DNA of 40,378 nucleotides from an uncultured bacterium (GTDB lineage Bacteria; Chlamydiota; Chlamydiia; Chlamydiales; SM23-39): NCBI GenBank assembly GCA_964644465.1, contig CAZXVU010000002.1, positions 2,910 to 43,287 of the forward strand, read 5' to 3'. Shown piece by piece: positions 33,241 to 40,378 of this stretch (position 1 is its first letter; each line of letters starts with the position of its first letter). The notes under the pieces were generated by a model. It saw only the letters and a program-made list of their open reading frames with translations, ran no database searches and was not told where the DNA came from. The position numbers and the translations under genes were made by a program.

Positions 33241-33940
33241 TCATCCAATTTTCGATGGTTGCAGCTAAAGTTTTAGGGTTTTCTAAGGGAACATAGTGGG
33301 CTGAATTGGGAATGATCACTAATTCCGATCGATCTATTTCCCGAAGCATTTCTTCTTGCCGACGGACATTCACACTTTTGTCATCAATTCCGCGAATGAG
33401 CAATGTTGGACAATGGACATGGCTTAAAATCCTAAAATCACCCGTAAATCCAAGCATTGCATTGAATTGCCTGATCGCAACCTCGGGGCCTTGATTCCTC
33501 ATCATATTCATGAATGATTTTCTTAATTTCGGATCACCCTGATTTGCAGGCGATATATCTTGCTCGTAATCAGCTTTCATAAATTCTTCAAAAAACCCAG
33601 AAGAGACCTGCTTTACGTAAGTTGAAAAGTGATCGCGCGTTGTTGGAGATAGGCTCCCTGGCGCGGATGAGATCAATATCAATGCTTTACAATATTTTGG
33701 CAGGGAAGTGTAAACACTCAATGCCACCCATGCGCCAAGTGAGAAACCCACTAATACTACCTCCTCATGAATATCTCGGCAGATTCCCTGAGACAGCTCT
33801 TCTATTTTTTCACAGGAAGCAACATCGACTATTTGTGAGTGATAGGAATTTTTGAATGCAACCAACATTGGCTGCCACAGCATTTTGTCGCACAGGAGTC
33901 CAGGAATTAGAACAAGTTTTGTCTTAACGATTTTAATCAT
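33218..33940 (-). CDS. Alpha/beta-fold hydrolase
   Basis: I prefer ATG 33940 (MIKIVKTKLVLIPGLLCD). The nucleophile elbow is GFSLGAW, with acid GIDDKS and His NSAHYVPLE. It overlaps the upstream stop by 8 nt and the convergent Nudix gene by 23 nt. Confidence 0.8.
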   Translation of the reverse strand: MIKIVKTKLVLIPGLLCDKMLWQPMLVAFKNSYHSQIVDVASCEKIEELSQGICRDIHEEVVLVGFSLGAWVALSVYTSLPKYCKALILISSAPGSLSPTTRDHFSTYVKQVSSGFFEEFMKADYEQDISPANQGDPKLRKSFMNMMRNQGPEVAIRQFNAMLGFTGDFRILSHVHCPTLLIRGIDDKSVNVRRQEEMLREIDRSELVIIPNSAHYVPLENPKTLAATIENWMITNLSSR

Positions 33941-34715
33941 TCGTATTCCATTGAAAGAGCAACAACCCAAGATCGGCAAAAATTCGTGTCCATTCTGAAT
34001 TTCTCGACCTGTTAGATACTGGACCCAAAGGTTTTCCATCCCACCCAATCGAAAAATGCTTTATTTTGGGATGCCCCCAATCTACGAAGGCATCTTTTCT
34101 GCTATCATGAAGACAAATCAGATGAATGTCGCTATTGGGAAATTTCATTGTTAATAGGTCATAGAGCTTGAGAGCTTGATCCTCTGTAATTCTCCAGCGA
34201 AAGAGATAGATCGGTATCCCTAGCTCAAAAATTTTATAAAAACGGGCGATTCTTCTTTGATATCGAGAGATTAAATCTTCGTATTCCCTTTTCCCGATCT
34301 CATTGAGAGGAATAAATCCCTCGCCTTCCTCTTTCCAGTTCACAATGTTGAAATCGTGGCCAAATATTGCATTGAAAATGTTTTTGTTCACTGGCATAGC
34401 ACTATCCAAAGTAAAATGGCGCATATCTAGAAACCCATAAAAATCGGTCTCTAAAATCTGATAAATAGCCTCGAATGATGTAATGAGCCAATCAAAAGGA
34501 AATGAGCGTTTTCGCAGTGCATGATCTTGTAAATGAGCAGCGGGCCAACAATTGTAGCCTAAGCTGATCGCAAGAAAAGGTTCATCTTTCAATTCTTGCA
34601 TCTCTTCTGAGCAGTTTACTTCAGAAAGATAAAAATCGTGAGTATCGTCGATTTTAAAATAGACATCTTGCGAGGCGTAAATTGTATTTAGAAACAAAAA
34701 AAATACAAAAAACAT
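33933..34715 (-). CDS. Secreted hypothetical protein, possibly of the DUF1796 (putative papain-like cysteine peptidase) type
   Basis: The signal peptide is MFFVFFLFLNTIYAS. ISLGYNCWPAAHLQDHALRKRSFPFDW resembles my memory of the SLG.nC...PFDW signature. The gene is AT-rich (about 35% GC in sampled lines). Confidence 0.45.
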   Translation of the reverse strand: MFFVFFLFLNTIYASQDVYFKIDDTHDFYLSEVNCSEEMQELKDEPFLAISLGYNCWPAAHLQDHALRKRSFPFDWLITSFEAIYQILETDFYGFLDMRHFTLDSAMPVNKNIFNAIFGHDFNIVNWKEEGEGFIPLNEIGKREYEDLISRYQRRIARFYKIFELGIPIYLFRWRITEDQALKLYDLLTMKFPNSDIHLICLHDSRKDAFVDWGHPKIKHFSIGWDGKPLGPVSNRSRNSEWTRIFADLGLLLFQWNTND

Positions 34716-34717
34716 AC

Positions 34718-35104
34718 TTAATGCTTATAAGCCACGCAGGCGATTTCAATGCGGGCGTCCATCGGCAGCTTGGCTACCTGGACTGTCGCCCGAGCTGGAG
34801 GATTGGCCCCATGGAAGCGCTTTGCATAGGTCTTATTCATTTCTTGGAAATCATTTAAATCTTTGAGGAATACATCTGTTTTGACGACGTTCTCCATTTT
34901 GAGGCCGGCGGCCTTTAAAATGGCCTCCATACTATCAAAAATTCTTGTAGTGAGGGTTTCCATATTTCCTTCGACGAGCTTGCCTGTAGAGGGGTCGATG
35001 GGGAGAACCCCTGAAACGAAGAGGAAATCGCCTGCAAGGACAGCCTGGACATAGGGCCCGATTGCTGCAGGTGCATCCGGAGTACTAATTGATTTTTTAA
35101 TCAT
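34718..35104 (-). CDS. ridA: RidA/YjgF-family reactive-intermediate deaminase
   Basis: I prefer ATG 35104 (MIKKSISTPDAPAAIGPYVQAV). Other matches are PARATVQVAKLPMDARIEI and a C-terminal CVAYKH. Confidence 0.88.
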   Translation of the reverse strand: MIKKSISTPDAPAAIGPYVQAVLAGDFLFVSGVLPIDPSTGKLVEGNMETLTTRIFDSMEAILKAAGLKMENVVKTDVFLKDLNDFQEMNKTYAKRFHGANPPARATVQVAKLPMDARIEIACVAYKH

Positions 35105-35220
35105 GGGGTCTCCTTGGTTTTGCAATAGACTAGCAAAGAAAGTTTTTTTTAGTCTCGTTTTCCTTGACCCTTTTCGCTGATGGCGGGATAATAGAACAAA
35201 GTCTTTATTGGAGGCTAGCC

Positions 35221-35712
35221 GTGAATTTTATCAATATTGCAGGACACCTGGGCGCAGATCCAGAAGTGCGTTTTACTTCTTCCGGAAAAAAAGTGACTAC
35301 CTTGCGCGTGGCTACCCGCACAAGAAAAGGTCAAAATGAAGATACCATTTGGTGGCGAGTGACTCTCTGGGGAGAACAGTACGATAAATTCGTTTCTTTC
35401 TTAAAAAAAGGAAGCGGCGTCGTTGTGTTTGGAGAAGTCCATAAGCCAGATATCTTCAATGACCGAGAAGGAAAACCTCAAGTTTCTATGGAAATCACCG
35501 CGGTCCATATCCAATTCAGCCCCTTCGGGAAACCGGGCGGATCCAATAACCAGTCTCAAGAAGGACAGCAAGCTGCGCCTGCCGCTCCGTTTGGCGCTGT
35601 GAATCCGCATGCTCAACCTGCTTCTAGCCCATACATGGGCGGCGGCGGTGGAAAAGCTGGCGTAACACCTCAAGGCCAAGGGGAGACCTTTGACGATGAG
35701 GTTCCGTTTTGA
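35221..35712 (+). CDS. ssb: Single-stranded DNA-binding protein
   Basis: GTG 35221 is preceded by GGAGG at 35210-35214. The OB fold starts NFINIAGHLGADPEVRFTSSGKKVTTLRVAT. A Gly/Gln/Pro-rich linker follows, and the acidic tip is DDEVPF. Confidence 0.88.
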   Translation: MNFINIAGHLGADPEVRFTSSGKKVTTLRVATRTRKGQNEDTIWWRVTLWGEQYDKFVSFLKKGSGVVVFGEVHKPDIFNDREGKPQVSMEITAVHIQFSPFGKPGGSNNQSQEGQQAAPAAPFGAVNPHAQPASSPYMGGGGGKAGVTPQGQGETFDDEVPF

Positions 35713-37190
35713 AGTTCTCTTTTTTCCCAACTCTTGAAAAACGGGAAGCTGCAGATTTCCTCATTCTTCCTTTTTGGGAAGGCCCAATTGAAGCCAATGA
35801 AGCGGGCCGTTTTGAAGAGGCTGTATCTGCAGTCCTAAAATCAGGGGATTTCAAGGGAAAACTGGGAGAAACAGCGATTGTTTATCTTTCCAAAGAAAAA
35901 GAGCCGCGCCTCTTGCTTTTAGGTCTCGGAAAGCCGGAAAAGGCAACTGGAGAAACTCTCAGGCGCGCCTTTGGCAACGCTGCAAAAACAGCGCAGGGAA
36001 AAAAGGCAAAAAACCTGAATCTCATTTTGCCGAAGTTGAAGTCGATCTCCAAAGAAGAGGCCTTGAGAGGCATTGCAGAGGGGATTCTGTTGGCAAATTA
36101 CGCCTATACCCGTCTCAAACAAGACTCGTTGAAAGAAAATCCTGTCGTTCTTTTGGAGAGAGTTGGTTTTATCGGCGTGGAGCGAAAAGAGGAAGATTTT
36201 CTCGAGGTCATTAGGACCATCGCTGGGGGTGTTGAATTCACCCGGGAACTCGTCAACGGAAATGCGGATGATATCACTCCGAAATTCTTGGCAGAGACCG
36301 CGATGCTTTTGGAGAAATCAAACCCTCGTCTGAAAACCGAAATCCTCGATAAGAAAAAGATCGAACAAGAGAAAATGGGGCTACTGCTTGCAGTCAACCG
36401 GGCCTCGAGCCTCGACCCCTACTTGATTATCACTTCTTATAGAGGAAATCCCAAATCCAAAGACCACGTTGTTTTGGTCGGCAAGGGCGTGACCTACGAT
36501 ACCGGAGGTCTTACTCTAAAACCGCCGGACAACATGATGACTATGAAATCAGATATGTCTGGCGCTGCGACCGTTTTGGGAGTCGTTCAAGTCGCGGCCG
36601 CGCTCAATTTAAAAATCAATGTGACGGCCGTAGCTCCTGCAACGGAAAATTGCATCGATGGAAAAAGCTATAAGCTCGGAGATGTCTATCGCTCCCATTC
36701 CGGAAAAACAGTTGAAGTGAATAATACCGATGCCGAAGGGCGTCTCATTTTGGCCGATGCGATCTCTTATGCAGTGCAAAATCTGAAGCCAACATGTTTG
36801 ATCGATCTCGCGAGCCTAACTGGCGCTATCGTCGTAGCTCTCGGAGAGGAAATCTCTGGTTTCTTTACTAACAATGATGGTTTGTCAAAAGATCTCATGG
36901 CCGCATCGGAGAAAACGGGAGAGCTACTTTGGCGCATGCCTCTCTATGCAGATTATAAGGAAGCCTTGAAATCAGATATCGCCGATCTCGTGAATACGGG
37001 CGGACGAGACGGAGGCGCCATCAAAGCAGGCCTTTTCATTCAAGAATTCGTGGGCTCTGTACCTTGGGTCCATATCGATTTTGCAGGCCCATGCTATATC
37101 ACAAAGCCGAAACATTACAATACGACGAAAGCGACAGGCTTTGGCGTGCGCCTTCTCGTAGAATTTCTCATGCAGCGGGCCAACCAGTGA
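35709..37190 (+). CDS. pepA: Leucyl aminopeptidase (M17)
   Basis: Motifs are VGKGVTYDTGG and the M17 signature NTDAEGRLILAD. The start is apparently TTG, overlapping the ssb stop. Confidence 0.9.
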   Translation: MKFSFFPTLEKREAADFLILPFWEGPIEANEAGRFEEAVSAVLKSGDFKGKLGETAIVYLSKEKEPRLLLLGLGKPEKATGETLRRAFGNAAKTAQGKKAKNLNLILPKLKSISKEEALRGIAEGILLANYAYTRLKQDSLKENPVVLLERVGFIGVERKEEDFLEVIRTIAGGVEFTRELVNGNADDITPKFLAETAMLLEKSNPRLKTEILDKKKIEQEKMGLLLAVNRASSLDPYLIITSYRGNPKSKDHVVLVGKGVTYDTGGLTLKPPDNMMTMKSDMSGAATVLGVVQVAAALNLKINVTAVAPATENCIDGKSYKLGDVYRSHSGKTVEVNNTDAEGRLILADAISYAVQNLKPTCLIDLASLTGAIVVALGEEISGFFTNNDGLSKDLMAASEKTGELLWRMPLYADYKEALKSDIADLVNTGGRDGGAIKAGLFIQEFVGSVPWVHIDFAGPCYITKPKHYNTTKATGFGVRLLVEFLMQRANQ

Positions 37191-38158
37191 AGTGGCTTGT
37201 CTACGGACCTCAAAAATTAGCCTCTTTTCTTCAGCAGCAGGTAAGCGGGGAATGTTCAGGAAAACAACTGCGACGCGCCCTTGAGGCGAATCTTTGCCGC
37301 GTCAATGGCCGTGTCGAACGCTTTGCCTCAGCGCGCCTTCAAAAAGGGGATCAAGTCGAATTAGCGCCTTCTTGGAAAACGCTTCTTCAAAAAAGCGTCT
37401 CCGGAATAGAAACGCTTTTTGAGGATGAATACCTGAAGATCGTTAATAAACCCGCAAATTGGGTTTGCAGTCCCGAGCAAGCACTCCGTTCTTTCGGCCC
37501 AAAACTGTCTCTCGTCCACCGCCTCGATAAAGACACAACAGGAGCTCTTTTGCTGGCCAAAGGCCCTAAGGCAAAAGAAGCCTTGATGGACCTTTTTGAA
37601 ACGCAGAAAATCCGCAAATTCTATCTCGCGGTGGTCGACGGAATTCCCAAAGAAGCAAGCGGAGTCATAGAAAATACTCTTGTGAAAAAGGGAAGTTTTG
37701 AAGGACAGACAATATGGGGATCAGGTCCAAGAGGGTTATCTGCAACGACTCATTGGAAGAGACTCGCCAAAGGATCTCACTCTTCGCTGCTTCTTTGCCA
37801 GCCGTTGACGGGCCGTACCCATCAAATCCGGGTCCATCTTGCAGAAATGGGACATCCTATTCTAGTGGACAGGCAATATGCAAAATCATTCCGTTGCCCT
37901 CTTTTTATTCAAAGGCCTCTTCTGCATGCCTTGCGGCTTACGTTCATCCACCCATTTCTAGGTACGAAGATCGATATAAACGCCCCATTATTTGTCGACA
38001 TCCGTGAAGTCTTGCGGGATATGGGGATTGACGTGCGACATTTTGGTCAGCTTGCGGGAGAAGATGAGCATGATGAGAGCCGGAATCAAAGTCATCGCAA
38101 CGAAAATGCTGAAGAAGTTATACAACCCTCCCATTTTCTCCATAAAACCTGCCAGTAA
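37187..38158 (+). CDS. RluA-family (RluC/RluD-like) pseudouridine synthase
   Basis: GTG 37187 overlaps the pepA stop (GTGA). It has an S4-like N-terminus, the catalytic motif HRLDKDTTGALLLAK, and GRTHQIRVHLAEMGHPI. The ORF stays open about 40 codons past the usual family end, running into the convergent transporter gene. Confidence 0.8.
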   Translation: MKWLVYGPQKLASFLQQQVSGECSGKQLRRALEANLCRVNGRVERFASARLQKGDQVELAPSWKTLLQKSVSGIETLFEDEYLKIVNKPANWVCSPEQALRSFGPKLSLVHRLDKDTTGALLLAKGPKAKEALMDLFETQKIRKFYLAVVDGIPKEASGVIENTLVKKGSFEGQTIWGSGPRGLSATTHWKRLAKGSHSSLLLCQPLTGRTHQIRVHLAEMGHPILVDRQYAKSFRCPLFIQRPLLHALRLTFIHPFLGTKIDINAPLFVDIREVLRDMGIDVRHFGQLAGEDEHDESRNQSHRNENAEEVIQPSHFLHKTCQ

Positions 38159-39316
38159 TCCTCCGCTATAGAAAGCCACACCAACGCATACATACCAAAA
38201 TCCGATTGCAAGAGCTGTATATCGGGCAGGCGCGAGACGGCTGACCATCGAAAGGCCGATAGGCGCCAAGAGCATTTCTCCAACGGCCATGAGAAAATAG
38301 GCTCCGACAAGATAGGTCCAGGAAACATCAGCGCTTTTTGCATTCGCTGGAATGTATTTAGATCCGATCATCATGACAAAAAAGCAGGCCGCCATGAAGA
38401 CGAGGCTTAATGCTGTTTTGATCGAAGGGTTGGGATCCATCCCGCTTTTATGCAGTTTTGCGTAGAGCCATGCGAGAAGCGGCGCCAATAGAATCAAAAA
38501 GAAGCTTTCACTAGAAAGGAAGACCCCTTCAGGAATAGTGATTCCAAGGACTTTTTTGTGCATGAAGTCGTGAGCGAAGATCTCCATGGAAGAAAAGCCC
38601 TGATTGTATGCTGCCCAGAAAAGAATAGAAATCATGCAGAAAACAAAAATCACGATAATGCGGCTTTTTTCTACAGGGGTGATTTTATGCTCGCCTGTAT
38701 GAGATTTTTGGAGGGCCTTTAATGCGTGATAGGTTTCTTTGTGTTTGACCATGTAAAAAATCAACGGGATCAATCCAGCTAATTGGACAAATCCTGCAAG
38801 GACGAATGCAGCGTGCCAATTGATGAGTTTAGCAACAGTTCCCAAAGACGCTAGGGCGAGAAATACCCCGAGATTGATCGATGCGTAGTAAATGGAAAAA
38901 CCAGCTTCTCTGAGTTCTGGTTTGTTGCGGTAAGTATAGCCCAGGACAGTCAAAATGCTCGGAGTGAAAATTCCATAGCCGCACGCGATGATGAACAGAG
39001 CGACATATAAGAGGCTTGTGATCCCAGTTGCCAATAGAAAGCATCCAACCACATTGATCAAAGCTCCTAGAAAAAGTGGAGACTGATAGTTCCACCGGTC
39101 TGCAATCCATCCGCCTACCAAAGGAAGAAAGGCCGCAAAACCGCTGAAAATCCCGTAAATGTGAGTGGCTTTTTCATTCGGGAAATGATAATATTCGATG
39201 AGATAAAGGACGAGCAGGTTGCCAACGCCCCAGAAGGCGAAACGCTCGCAAAGCTCAGTTAATCCCAAGATCCATAGTTCTTTAGGATGTTTAGATAAAG
39301 ACATGCCATGAGACAT
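37988..39316 (-). CDS. Proton-dependent oligopeptide transporter (POT/PTR2 family, MFS)
   Basis: The PTR2 motif is TELCERFAFWGVGNLLVLYL, with GGWIADRW and about 12 TM segments. Confidence 0.85.
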   Translation of the reverse strand: MSHGMSLSKHPKELWILGLTELCERFAFWGVGNLLVLYLIEYYHFPNEKATHIYGIFSGFAAFLPLVGGWIADRWNYQSPLFLGALINVVGCFLLATGITSLLYVALFIIACGYGIFTPSILTVLGYTYRNKPELREAGFSIYYASINLGVFLALASLGTVAKLINWHAAFVLAGFVQLAGLIPLIFYMVKHKETYHALKALQKSHTGEHKITPVEKSRIIVIFVFCMISILFWAAYNQGFSSMEIFAHDFMHKKVLGITIPEGVFLSSESFFLILLAPLLAWLYAKLHKSGMDPNPSIKTALSLVFMAACFFVMMIGSKYIPANAKSADVSWTYLVGAYFLMAVGEMLLAPIGLSMVSRLAPARYTALAIGFWYVCVGVAFYSGGLLAGFMEKMGGLYNFFSIFVAMTLIPALIMLIFSRKLTKMSHVNPHIPQDFTDVDK

Positions 39317-39344
39317 AGTGTTCCTATTTTCTTTTTAATTTTAT

Positions 39345-40378
39345 ATGTATAAAGACTCTTTATTCACTGCAACATTAAAACACCCTCCTCAAAATATTCT
39401 AATTATTAAAACTTCCTCTTTGGGAGATATCATTCAATCTTTCAATGTCCTTGATGAGCTCCATCGCCGATTTCCAGGGGCTTCAATTGATTGGGCTGTT
39501 GAAGAAAGTCTCTATTCGATAGCAGCAGCACATCCTTTAATCCGAAAGGCGATATCTCTGAATATTAAAGGATTAAAAAAAGGGTGGCGCCAATGGAGCA
39601 TTTGGAAAGGCCTCTTTTCAGGGTTTGGGCATTTAAGAGAAAAGAAGTATGACCTAATTTTTGATCTTCAGGGAAATTGCAAATCGGGTGTGATCACGTT
39701 TCTTTCCCGAGGAAAAGTAAAAGTGGGGTTTGGATCCAAGTCTGTTCGGGAATGGCCGAATCTTCTCGCCACCCGCTGCCGTTTTAATGTCCCTAAGCAG
39801 CTCAATATCCGCATCCAATATTTACGGCTCATTCAGCAATATTTTAACGATCCATCCCTCGCCGAGATGGGAGGGGTACGATTTAAGATCGGCAAGCTCG
39901 AGAAAGAAAAACTATCCCAGCTCTTGAGCGCTCCAGAACTACAGACTTCTTTAAAAATCATGGTTTGTCCCGGATCCAAATGGGTCAATAAGCAGATGAC
40001 TTTTGAAACCCTCATAGAGTTTTTAAAATTGGTCCAGAAACAATTGAACGCCTCTTTTGTTCTTGTTTGGGGGGCAGATTCAGAAAAGACGCTCTGTCAA
40101 GATCTTCAAGCACAGCTTCCCAACAAAAGCCTGATTGTCGACAGGCTCACTATTCCAGCCTGGCAGAATTTGATGAATGAAATGGGACTTGTGATTGCCG
40201 TTGATTCAAGCGCGCTCCATCTTTGCGGAACGACTTCTACACCCAGTTTTAGCGTATTTGGCCCCACTTCGCCTGAGATATTCAAGCCGATTGGTCAGCG
40301 CCATTTTGCCATCCAAGGCAAGTGTCCTTATAACCGCACTTTTGAGAAGCAGTGCCCAGTTCTCCGCACATGCCCTAC
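39345..40378 (+). CDS. Glycosyltransferase family 9 (heptosyltransferase-like), 3'-truncated by the window end
   Basis: It is absent from the ORF track because no stop codon lies in the window. My translation is MYKDSLFTATLKHPPQNILIIKTSSLGDIIQSFNVLDELHRRFPGASIDWAVEESL...IMVCPGSKW...VIAVDSSALHLCGTTSTPSFSVFGPTSP, a typical GT9 (RfaC/RfaF-like) pattern. Confidence 0.75.
   Translation, partial: MYKDSLFTATLKHPPQNILIIKTSSLGDIIQSFNVLDELHRRFPGASIDWAVEESLYSIAAAHPLIRKAISLNIKGLKKGWRQWSIWKGLFSGFGHLREKKYDLIFDLQGNCKSGVITFLSRGKVKVGFGSKSVREWPNLLATRCRFNVPKQLNIRIQYLRLIQQYFNDPSLAEMGGVRFKIGKLEKEKLSQLLSAPELQTSLKIMVCPGSKWVNKQMTFETLIEFLKLVQKQLNASFVLVWGADSEKTLCQDLQAQLPNKSLIVDRLTIPAWQNLMNEMGLVIAVDSSALHLCGTTSTPSFSVFGPTSPEIFKPIGQRHFAIQGKCPYNRTFEKQCPVLRTCP

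Overview
This is a roughly 40.4 kb stretch of densely packed bacterial chromosome. I assign it to the phylum Chlamydiota. The block lpxD-skp(ompH)-bamA-recR next to fabH-fabD-fabG-acpP reproduces the gene order I recall from Chlamydia trachomatis (about CT243 to CT236). Higher GC and many accessory genes point to an environmental or amoeba-associated chlamydia rather than Chlamydiaceae. I support about 43 protein-coding genes, many joined by 1-8 nt start/stop overlaps. I saw no rRNA, tRNA, CRISPR array or transposase gene.

Housekeeping genes recognised from motifs: ybaK-type deacylase, Na+/alanine symporter, speE, corA, lpxD, skp, bamA, recR, fabHDG-acpP, proC, trxB, acpS, PIN/TRAM membrane protein, rlmH, lgt, ridA, ssb, pepA, an RluA-family pseudouridine synthase, a POT-family peptide transporter, and a partial GT9 glycosyltransferase that runs off the 3' end and is absent from the ORF track.

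Observations worth a second look:
1. A variant THI-box (TPP riboswitch) at 31.7 kb drives an orphan Cys-containing mini-protein, followed by a Nudix-GNAT fusion, instead of any known thiamine gene.
2. A translationally coupled three-gene module at 20.1-24.4 kb encodes an NTT/MFS-like transporter fused to HEAT repeats, a stand-alone cNMP-binding protein, and a HAMP protein with a degenerate PP2C/SpoIIE-like domain.
3. A eukaryote-like CCCH zinc-finger protein has a Pro/Ser-rich tail (6.3-7.0 kb).
4. A two-partner secretion pair (0.1-6.2 kb) has a (Cys-Pro)n module in the exoprotein, a Cys-rich insert in the transporter, an orphan C-terminal domain, and a 37-nt direct repeat bracketing tpsA.
5. 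A family of GC-rich, hairpin-dense intergenic elements at 15.3, 24.4 and 28.0 kb shows compensatory base-pair changes. Two of them are bounded by terminal inverted repeats.

All protein-family calls come from motif recognition by eye. No database search was possible.
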